From an uncultured Verrucomicrobiae bacterium (GTDB lineage: Bacteria > Verrucomicrobiota > Verrucomicrobiia > Limisphaerales > UBA11358), in contig CAVWHM010000028.1 of NCBI GenBank assembly GCA_963754775.1, positions 16,448 through 80,447 of the forward strand: a stretch of 64,000 nucleotides of DNA. The letters run 5' to 3'. A program made the translations under genes and the position numbers. Positions 56,859 through 64,000 of the stretch are shown piece by piece (positions within the stretch are counted from its first letter, which is position 1; each line of letters starts with the position of its first letter). The notes under the pieces are model-generated. The model was not told the origin of the DNA, made no database searches, and worked only from the letters and a program-made list of their open reading frames with translations.

Positions 56859-56942
56859 AACCACGAAATACACGAAGCACACGAAAAGTGGAATGCCTGG
56901 TCTGGGTTTTGCCCTTTTGTGTGATTCGTGTATTTCGTGGTT
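56859..56942. repeat. long inverted repeat built from TTCGTGNNN / NNNCACGAA nonamer-periodic units
   Basis: The arm AACCACGAAATACACGAAGCACACGAAAAG (56859-56888) is complementary to CTTTTGTGTGATTCGTGTATTTCGTGGTT (56914-56942), with ~27 of 30 positions paired and a 25-nt loop. Confidence 0.75.
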
Positions 56943-56962
56943 AATAATTCTGGCCGCAAAAT

Positions 56963-57884
56963 TCACCCGGTCGAGTTGCGCCACTTGAGTTGCTTCACCT
57001 GCGCGTGTTCCGGATGCTGCGGATCGAGGCTGCGCAGTTCGAATTCCGCGCCGTCGCGGGCGAGCGTCGCCCGCACCCAACCGCTCGGCCGGCCTTCCTT
57101 GAAGACGTAAGCCGTCGGCGGCAGATTGACAAGCTGTACGCCGCTCGGATGTTGCTCCACGTGCCAGTTGTGCGTGTGACCGAAGATGTACGCCTTCACC
57201 TGCCGATGCCGCGTGAATAATTCCTCAAACGTCGCTGAATCTTTCAGGCCCGTCGTGCTGCCCGGAGCCTGCAGGTTGTGGTGCCCGACCAGGATGGCCG
57301 GTTTGTCCGGCCGCGCCGCGAGTTCGCGTGCCAGCCAGTCGAGCTGCATCGGGCCGAACTCGCCGGGCGCGGTATCGGTGACCTCCAGCGAATCGAGCAA
57401 AAACCAGTTCGCACGGTCGCTGGCAAAAACTGTCGCCTGCCGGTGCGGCCCGGAATTCTAACTTCGCCACATCCTGCGGAAAGGCCTGCCAGAAATTCTC
57501 ACGCTCATCGTGGTTGCCGAGGGAAAGATGAATGGGCGCCAAGGCGCGAACGGGTTCAATGAATTTTCCGAATGTCCCGTAATCTTCCGGCAGGCCGGAC
57601 TCGAACGCAAGGTCGCCGTTGACGATGACCGTGGCGGGGTACACCGGCCACGCCGCGAGTTCGCGCACGCAGGCAGCGAGGTTGTCCGCCATGTTGACGC
57701 CGCTGTGTTTCAACGTGGCATCCGCGGCAACGTGCGTGTCGGAGAAAAAGGCAAAGGTGTGTTTGTCGCGCGATTTGCCGAACAATCCAGCGTGAGCCTG
57801 GGGCGCCAGCGCGAAGGCGGCCCCGGCCAGCGCGGCGCGTTTCAGAAATTCACGACGCGAGAGTTGCGGCAAATGGAGCGGCAT
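56963..57884 (-). CDS. Tat-signal metallophosphoesterase; apparent frameshift(s) ~57400-57450
   Basis: Has a SRREFLKRAALAGAAFALAP twin-arginine signal, plus FFSDTHV, NGDLAF and LGNHD. The protein then continues as DWLARELA...VGHHNL...FGHTHNWH in ORF 56963-57400. Confidence 0.8.
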
Positions 57885-57895
57885 AAATTCACAAA

Positions 57896-58031
57896 AAAAA
57901 TCCCGCCAGCGAAGCGGTCATGTAAGCGGCAAGCAGGCCGCCGCACATCGCGCGAAAACCGATTTTGGCCATTTCGCTGCGGCGTTCCGGCGCGAGCGAG
58001 CCAATGCCGCCGACCTGGATGGCGATGCTCG
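57896..58031. repeat. orphan copy of the last ~136 nt of nupC (direct repeat 1)
   Basis: 133 of 136 nt are identical to 58869-59004. On the minus strand it still encodes ...SIAIQVGGIGSLAPERRSEMAKIGFRAMCGGLLAAYMTASLAGFFL*. Confidence 0.9.
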
Positions 58032-58065
58032 CAGTGTTAGGAGGCGGCATGAATGAATCATAATG

Positions 58066-58839
58066 TTATTGATGGCCGGGCCACCAAATTAAGATTCCCA
58101 CCAAAGCAAGTGCTTGAAGGGGCAAAGTTGCAATATCGGCTGGGACTGTTAGTGGTAACAAAGCATAATATGCAGGGTGGTCGGTGTGTGTTTTTGAAAC
58201 TACGGTTGGGTCAACCGTTATAATTGTAAAAGACCGATTCATTGAGGCATCAACATAAACGAACTCAATAGGCGTGGTTCTTGTCAGATATACAGTTTGT
58301 ATTGCGTTTGAAAGCAGTAGAAAATTATCAGCATTGAGTGCAGTTAGGTTTGCGAGTTTAGTCCAGTCGTGTCCTCGGCGAATAGGGCTTGTTCCTATCG
58401 GAACAGGGTTCAGATCGTCTTTTGGACTTTTCAGAAATGTCCAATTTGTGCGAATTGTGCCACCGGGAACTTGTAGTGTCCAGTATGTGGTGCGTTTGAT
58501 CCTCGGAGGAGTTTTTACAAACGTTATGCTGCCGTCGGAGTTAAAAGCCACATCATGGTATTGTGCGTTCGTCTGGATTTGTACCAACGGAAGAATCAGA
58601 GAAAAATGACTTTTCTGTGGTGAATTGGTCAAATCTTTTTCAAAAAAAACGCAGAGTTGATCGTCTTTGGTAACTGCTGCGTTTTCAATTCTATCAACCG
58701 AATTATATAAAGTTATTTCCACCGTATGTCTGTTAGCCGCTTGTGTGGTTTTCATTGAAAGACAGCCTGATAGAAACGGTAGAAGAGCAACCAACGCAAG
58801 GTGTGCGATTAGTTTCACGTGCGAATTTTGCGATGTCAT
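58066..58839 (-). CDS. lipoprotein of unknown function encoded on a low-GC insertion
   Basis: Lipobox LLPFLSGC after a hydrophobic leader. GC is ~43% versus ~60-65% in the flanks. I recognise no similarity to known families. Confidence 0.6.
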   Translation of the reverse strand: MTSQNSHVKLIAHLALVALLPFLSGCLSMKTTQAANRHTVEITLYNSVDRIENAAVTKDDQLCVFFEKDLTNSPQKSHFSLILPLVQIQTNAQYHDVAFNSDGSITFVKTPPRIKRTTYWTLQVPGGTIRTNWTFLKSPKDDLNPVPIGTSPIRRGHDWTKLANLTALNADNFLLLSNAIQTVYLTRTTPIEFVYVDASMNRSFTIITVDPTVVSKTHTDHPAYYALLPLTVPADIATLPLQALALVGILIWWPGHQ

Positions 58840-58861
58840 GCAAAATCTGTCACACATAGTC

Positions 58862-60130
58862 TTAAAGCAAAAATCCCGCCAGCGAAGCGGTCATGTAAGC
58901 GGCGAGCAGGCCGCCGCACATCGCGCGAAAACCGATTTTGGCCATTTCGCTGCGGCGCTCCGGCGCGAGCGAGCCAATGCCGCCGACTTGGATGGCGATG
59001 CTCGAGAAGTTCGCGAACCCGCACAGCGCGTAGGTCGCAATCGTGAAACTGCGCGGGTCGAGCGCCAGTTGTTTCGCGTTGGCCGTGAGGTGGAGGTAGC
59101 CCACGAATTCATTCAGCACGATGCGTTCGCCGAGGATTTGCCCGACGTTCACGCAATCCTGCGCCGGCACGCCCATCAGCCAGGCGAACGGCGCGTTGAC
59201 CCAGCCGAAAATCGTTTGCAGCGTGGCCGGATGGCTGACGCCGAGATGCGCCTGCGGCCAGGTGACGACGTAATTCGCCAGCGAAATCATGGCGATGAAC
59301 GCAATGAGCATGGCAATGACATTCAGCGCGAGCTGGAAGCCATCGCCCGCGCCGCGGCAGATGGCGTCAATGGAATTGGCCGTCGTGCGCGGGATGGTGG
59401 CGGGCGCGGTGGCGGCGGTTTCACTTTTTTCGGTTTCCGGCAGGAGAATTTTCGCGATCATCAGCGCGGCGGGACAATTCAACACCGACGCCGTGAGCAG
59501 GTGTCCGGCGGTGTTCGGGTAGCCGGCACGGATGCCCATGGCCGCATACACCGCCGCGACGCCGCCGGCGATGTGCGCCATGCCGCAGACCATGATGGTC
59601 ATGAGTTCGCTGTGCGTCAGGCGCGGCACGTAAGGCCGGATCATCAGCGGCGCCTCGGTCTGGCCCATGAAAATATTCGCGGCGGCGGAAAGCGTTTCGC
59701 TGCCGCTCGTGCGCATGATTTTGCGCATCACCCACGCGAAGGCGTGGACGACTTTCTGCAAAATGCCCCAGTGATAGAGCAGCGACGAAATGCTCGCGAC
59801 GATGATGATGGTGCCCATGACGAGAATGGCAAAGATGACCGAGTTGCCGGGGCCGAATTTTTCCGTGAGCAGATTTTCATCCGCCAGCGGGCCGAAAACA
59901 AATTTGCAGCCGTCGTTGGAAAACTGGATGAGCTTCTGAATCACCTTGCCGGCAAAATCAAACAGCGCGCCGCCCCACGGCGTTTTCAGAATCAGCAGGG
60001 CCAGGGTGAATTGCAGGCCGACGCCCCAAATCACCGTGCGCCACGGAAACAGTTTCCGGTTGTAGGAAATCGCCCACGCGGCCGCAATCATCGCAAACCA
60101 GCCGAGCAGACTGATGAGCTTCAGGTCCAT
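58862..60130 (-). CDS. nupC: NupC/NupG-family concentrative nucleoside transporter
   Basis: 422 aa, polytopic, with GQTEAPLMIRPY, MTIMVCGMAHIAGGV and FANFSSIAIQVGGIGSLAP motifs. Confidence 0.9.
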   Translation of the reverse strand: MDLKLISLLGWFAMIAAAWAISYNRKLFPWRTVIWGVGLQFTLALLILKTPWGGALFDFAGKVIQKLIQFSNDGCKFVFGPLADENLLTEKFGPGNSVIFAILVMGTIIIVASISSLLYHWGILQKVVHAFAWVMRKIMRTSGSETLSAAANIFMGQTEAPLMIRPYVPRLTHSELMTIMVCGMAHIAGGVAAVYAAMGIRAGYPNTAGHLLTASVLNCPAALMIAKILLPETEKSETAATAPATIPRTTANSIDAICRGAGDGFQLALNVIAMLIAFIAMISLANYVVTWPQAHLGVSHPATLQTIFGWVNAPFAWLMGVPAQDCVNVGQILGERIVLNEFVGYLHLTANAKQLALDPRSFTIATYALCGFANFSSIAIQVGGIGSLAPERRSEMAKIGFRAMCGGLLAAYMTASLAGFLL

Positions 60131-60133
60131 GAA

Positions 60134-60775
60134 TTATTTTTGGCAGACGCGCTGGCAGACTTGTTTATAGACCTGCGGATGCAGCACGCCGACGAACGGC
60201 AGATTACGATACCGTTCCGCGAAATCCAGCCCATAGCCGACGACAAAAAAGTCCGGGATTTCAAAGCCGACGTAATCCGCCTCAATGTCCTCCGTCCGGC
60301 GGCCCGGCTTGTCGAGCATTACGCAGATTTTAATCCGGCGCGGTTTGAGCGCCTGGATTTTGGGCAGCACGCGGCTCATGGTTTTGCCGGTGTCGAGGAT
60401 GTCGTCCACCAGCAGCACGTCGCGTCCGCGCACGTCCAGCCGCAATTCCTTGGTGAAAACCAGTTCGCCCGATTCCGTGCCGAGGCCGTAGCTGGAAACG
60501 CCGATGAAATCGAGCCGCAACGGCAGGTTGAGATGCCGGATCAAATCCGCGAGGAACATGACCGTGCCGTTGAGCAGGGAAACCACCACCATTTCGCGTC
60601 CGCGAAAATCGTCCTCGATTTCGTGCGCCATCAGCCGGATGCGGCGGGCAATCTGGCCTTCCGTGATGAGCACGCGCTCGACCTCTTTGCGCCATCCGCC
60701 TTCGCTCCGCTTCGGCGCGACGCGGCGTGTTGGGACGGCTTTCACGGGGGTTCGGTTTCTGACTGGACGCGCCAT
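60134..60775 (-). CDS. hpt: hypoxanthine phosphoribosyltransferase with basic N-terminal extension
   Basis: VVVSLLNGTVMFLADLIR, VLLVDDILDTGKT (PRPP-binding motif) and VVGYGLDFAERYRNLP. Confidence 0.9.
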   Translation of the reverse strand: MARPVRNRTPVKAVPTRRVAPKRSEGGWRKEVERVLITEGQIARRIRLMAHEIEDDFRGREMVVVSLLNGTVMFLADLIRHLNLPLRLDFIGVSSYGLGTESGELVFTKELRLDVRGRDVLLVDDILDTGKTMSRVLPKIQALKPRRIKICVMLDKPGRRTEDIEADYVGFEIPDFFVVGYGLDFAERYRNLPFVGVLHPQVYKQVCQRVCQK

Positions 60776-60825
60776 TTGCCGGCCATGTTAACCGCACGCC
60801 AACGATTGCCGAGAACTTTCTTGCC

Positions 60826-62375
60826 TCACGCTGAAAGCTTCAACACCGCGCTCATTTGCTGGACGAGCCAGTCGGCTTCGGGTTTGTCGGCGATGCTGTT
60901 CGCGGCGGTAATGCCACCGGGATCGCTTACGCTGAATTTCAATGGCGGTTTTTGACCGGTCTGAATGAACTTCTCTTTTTGCGCCTCAAAATCATTGTCA
61001 TCGCGAACCTGGATTTTCAAATCGTAATAAGCTGAATGTCCGACGGTCATGCCTGGTTGTGCGCTGATGCCGGTGATGTCGGCGGCGACAATGTTGTGTT
61101 CCGTTTTGAAAATCAGCCATGAAGTTTGAACCGTGGCACTTTCCGGGGTCGCAACCACACGGCTGCGGCGAAACCAAAGATCACTCACCCAAAGGCCGAT
61201 CAGCAAATCCAACACGCCGAAAACGAGCGGGAAAAGGAGCGGCGCGTGCTTCCAAAACAGCAGGACGACGATGCCCGTCCAAATCAGCCAGAACAAAGTC
61301 AGGCCGGCGGCGGGGCCGACATTGCGCGCGGCGGGGAAAATGAATTCCTTTCCGCCATCCGGCAAATCGTTGACTTGTATTTTGGAATGGATTTGTTTCC
61401 GAATTTCGTCGAGCGACATCTGGTATTGCGCCGTCGGGTCGTCGGAAATTTCCGGCACTTCGGGCAATTTGAAAACCGGCACTTCAAATCGAGGCGTGAA
61501 AATCCGGCCCGCGCAATTTTGCCGAAGCCTCGAGTTTCCAGTGAATCCCGTCGCCAGGGACGCGGTTGATTCCGGCTGGTCGGCGGGCAATTTGAAATAA
61601 ACCGGGATGCCGGTGGCGTTCAAATCAGTTTGCGGCAAATCCGGCCGCAGCCATTTTTCGTCCTGCCAGAGAATTTTTTCGCTCGTGCTGACGGTCCTTG
61701 CCCGAGCCGGTTGTCGTCCGGAGAATGCAACTCAAGCGCAGGTGCAATCCGTGTTGCGGCTGCAATTTGGTTCTGACCTGAATCTGGCCTTCGAGTGTGC
61801 CGCCGGGGGCGGCGGGAATCGCGGCCATTTCAAAGAGGCTTTGGCCGAATTTTCGCCAGGCCAGCGTCACGTTCAGCGCATAAATAATCATGCCGATGCC
61901 GACGATGGGAAAGAGCAGCGCGATCAAAACTGCATGATTGCCCTTGTGCAATTCCTCCGGCAGGCTGATGAAAACCACCGGGGCGGAAATCAGGTTCCAT
62001 ACCCCGGTGAAAAGCCAGAGAAAAAAAACGGACTTTTTCGAGCCGGAAGCTATCCGGCCTTTCGCCCAATCTTCCCGCTTGAACCAGGGTTTCCCGTCGT
62101 CGGATCGTTTTGGAAACCGCCGCCTTCAGCGCCTGTTTTTTGGCGGTGATGCCGAAAATGAGCGCGATAAGTCCTCCGCACACCACTGCCGCGCTCAACA
62201 GTCCCATCGCCTTTTGTCTTTCCATTCCAAAGCCACTGCCAAGCTCGTCATGCAAAAGAAATACGAGCGCGAGGATTCCCACGATGGCAAACGGCAGCGA
62301 GAAAAGCATTGCCCGCGTGCGGGCAGTCTTCGGGTCGACCGGCCGGTTATCGGAATCTTTGAAAATAAGACCCAT
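60826..62375 (-). CDS. polytopic membrane protein of unknown function (~515 aa, DUF3592-like?); 2 or more apparent frameshifts (~62070, ~61695)
   Basis: ORFs 61830-62375, 61625-61978 and 60826-61638 join seamlessly (e.g. ...TTTGSGKDR | VSTSEKILWQDEKWLRPDLPQTDLNATGIPVYFKLP...). It has several TM helices separated by beta-rich soluble segments. Confidence 0.5.
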
Positions 62376-62393
62376 AAATTTCGAAATGCGGAA

Positions 62394-62774
62394 TTAAATA
62401 TGTTTGGAATCGTGTTCGTCTTTCGCCGTGTAGCCGCTGTCCTGGCGCTTGAAGTTCACCTCGTTCTTTTTGACGTAGGCGGCGAACACGTCATCGGCGC
62501 TCATGCCCAGCACCTGCGCGAGGCTGATGAGGAAATGGAACAGGTCCACCACTTCGACGCGCGCGTTTTGTTCGTCGAATTTCTGATACTTGGCCCACCA
62601 TTTCCACGGCACGCTGTCGGTGAGTTCGGCGATTTCTTGCGTCATGGCGCGGCAATAGTTCAGGATCCATTTCGTCCGTTCCGCCTCGCTCAGGCCGGCG
62701 GTTTTCACGCCGATGCGTTCGTTGAGCGCGTGTTGCATCCGGAACAATTCGTGGAGTTGGTCTGGTTTTTCCAT
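62394..62774 (-). CDS. dimeric dUTPase-like all-alpha NTP pyrophosphohydrolase (MazG superfamily)
   Basis: LHELFRMQHALNERI...TQEIAELTDSVPWKWWAKY...EVVDLFHFLISLA fits the dUTPase_2/MazG-like helical pattern. Confidence 0.6.
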   Translation of the reverse strand: MEKPDQLHELFRMQHALNERIGVKTAGLSEAERTKWILNYCRAMTQEIAELTDSVPWKWWAKYQKFDEQNARVEVVDLFHFLISLAQVLGMSADDVFAAYVKKNEVNFKRQDSGYTAKDEHDSKHI

Positions 62775-62852
62775 GCGGCAATTAACGGGCAAGAAACCGT
62801 TAACGCCAAGAAAAATCTTTGAACTTCGGGCGCAAACGCCTATAAAAACCAC

Positions 62853-63476
62853 ATGCCTACGCTTCTAGCCAATGGCGGCCCGGTAATCTGGCTGATTCTG
62901 CTCGCCGCGGCCATCGCCATCGTCGTGTTCATCGAGCGCGCATTGTATTGCCACCGCTCGCAAATCAATTCCACCGAATTCCTCAATGGTGTCCGGACGG
63001 TGCTCAAACGTGACAACGTCGTCGAAGCCATTTCCATTTGCGATGCCACGCCCAGCCCGGTCGCGCGCCTGGTCAAAGCCGCCCTGCTCAGCCGCGATCG
63101 CGGACGCGACCGTGTGCGCGAAGCCGTCGAGGAAGCGGGTCTCACCGAAGTGCCGCTTTTGGAGGAAAAATTGAATCTGCTCGCCACCATTGCCCAGATT
63201 ACACCGCTGCTCGGCCTGCTGGGCACCATCACCGGTTTCATGGAAGTTTTCAGCCAGATGCAGGAAGCCGGTTTGTATGCGCACATTGAACAGCTTTCCC
63301 ACGGCGTCTGGCGGGCGCTCATCTGCGCCGCGGCGGGTCTCGCTGTCGCGATTCCTGTCCATGCCGGATACAATTATCTCGTCAGCCGCATCAACAAAAT
63401 CGTCCTCGACATGGAACGCGCCGCCGGCGAAGTCGTCAACATCGTCACCGAAAACGGCGCTCAAAAAGCCCCATGA
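62853..63476 (+). CDS. MotA/TolQ/ExbB proton-channel family protein
   Basis: 207 aa, with LATIAQITPLLGLLGTITGFMEVF and ALICAAAGLAVAIP motifs. Confidence 0.9.
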   Translation: MPTLLANGGPVIWLILLAAAIAIVVFIERALYCHRSQINSTEFLNGVRTVLKRDNVVEAISICDATPSPVARLVKAALLSRDRGRDRVREAVEEAGLTEVPLLEEKLNLLATIAQITPLLGLLGTITGFMEVFSQMQEAGLYAHIEQLSHGVWRALICAAAGLAVAIPVHAGYNYLVSRINKIVLDMERAAGEVVNIVTENGAQKAP

Positions 63477-63898
63477 AATTTCCACGCAATGTACGCCTGC
63501 TGCGCAGCCCGTTTGACGTGGCGCCGTTTGCCGCGGTGTTCTTCCTGCTGGTGATGTTCATGGTGTTGGGCGGGCTGGTCTATACGCCCGGAGTACGGAT
63601 TGAGCCGCCTCTGGCGGACGGCTTGCCCGGGACGGACCAGCCGACCATAGCCGTCGCAGTGGATGCCGGCGGACGATATTATTTCGCCAACCAAATCGTC
63701 GGCGAAGGACAATTAACGAACGCTTTGCGCGCAGCCGCGGCAAAATCTCACGAACCGCTCACGCTCGTCATCCACGCCGATAAGGCGGTGACTTATGACC
63801 AGCTCATTCACCTGACGATCATCGCCCGCGATGCGGGGATCCACAACGCCTTGGGCGCCACGCTGCCGCGGGTCATCAACACCCCCGACAAGCCATGA
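63473..63898 (+). CDS. ExbD/TolR family biopolymer transport protein
   Basis: N-terminal TM (APFAAVFFLLVMFMVLG) and VIHADKAVTYDQLIHLTIIARDAG. ATGA overlap with the upstream gene. Confidence 0.9.
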   Translation: MKFPRNVRLLRSPFDVAPFAAVFFLLVMFMVLGGLVYTPGVRIEPPLADGLPGTDQPTIAVAVDAGGRYYFANQIVGEGQLTNALRAAAAKSHEPLTLVIHADKAVTYDQLIHLTIIARDAGIHNALGATLPRVINTPDKP

Positions 63899-64000
63899 GC
63901 GAATTGCGTGCAGGTTCGCCCGCGCTTGGGCTGGCCGGGCCAAAGCCGGCGCGCGCCAGCTGGCCGCTCAGCCGCTGGCTGATGCTCATCGCGCTGGTCT
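63895..64000 (+). CDS. 5' end of a membrane-anchored protein (TonB/TolA-like position), truncated by the window edge
   Basis: ATGA overlap with the exbD-like stop. It begins MSELRAGSPALGLAGPKPARASWPLSRWLMLIALV with a TM segment. Confidence 0.4.
   Translation, partial: MSELRAGSPALGLAGPKPARASWPLSRWLMLIALV

Noticed and set aside
58667-60955. 762-aa ORF on the plus strand spanning nupC and hpt
   Set aside because: It is antisense to two well-conserved genes and R/A/G/D-rich with no recognisable domain. It is a GC-driven shadow ORF.
1-64000. Search for hallmark mobile or defence genes (transposase, integrase, Cas, restriction-modification, toxin-antitoxin, reverse transcriptase, phage structural genes)
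   Set aside because: I recognised none in any of the six frames. The only horizontally acquired-looking DNA is the low-GC lipoprotein island at 58032-58868.

Overview
High-GC (~60%) chromosomal segment, probably from a Verrucomicrobiota-like bacterium; that assignment is an inference from gene content and repeat families. It is almost entirely housekeeping. Genes include cspA, hemW, an amino-sugar cluster, dnaB, bamA-skp, rpmI-rplT-pheS-pheT, GH5, lemA plus an M48 peptidase, an L,D-transpeptidase, LOG-pabB-pabC, nrdJ, der, a glycosylation-like module, ymdB, GH57/DUF4912, ldh, a nupC-hpt salvage operon and exbB/exbD. I found no rRNA, tRNA, CRISPR array, transposase, integrase or recognisable defence genes. 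Three things stand out. (1) At least 25 frame disruptions fall in conserved, mostly essential genes. They look like assembly indel errors rather than real pseudogenes. (2) Several families of GC-rich hairpin or short-period repeat elements sit inside coding sequences of housekeeping genes (hemW, pheS, pheT x3, pabB x2, der, an EndoIII-like gene, a RumA-like methyltransferase) as well as in intergenic spacers. This resembles Rickettsia palindromic elements. (3) Two loci share one architecture: a co-oriented cargo gene inserted near the 3' end of a host gene and flanked by two copies of that 3' end. One is ymdB with an MFS gene. The other is nupC with a low-GC lipoprotein gene flanked by 136-bp repeats. 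I cannot support a clear, self-contained novel system such as a defence island from the sequence alone.
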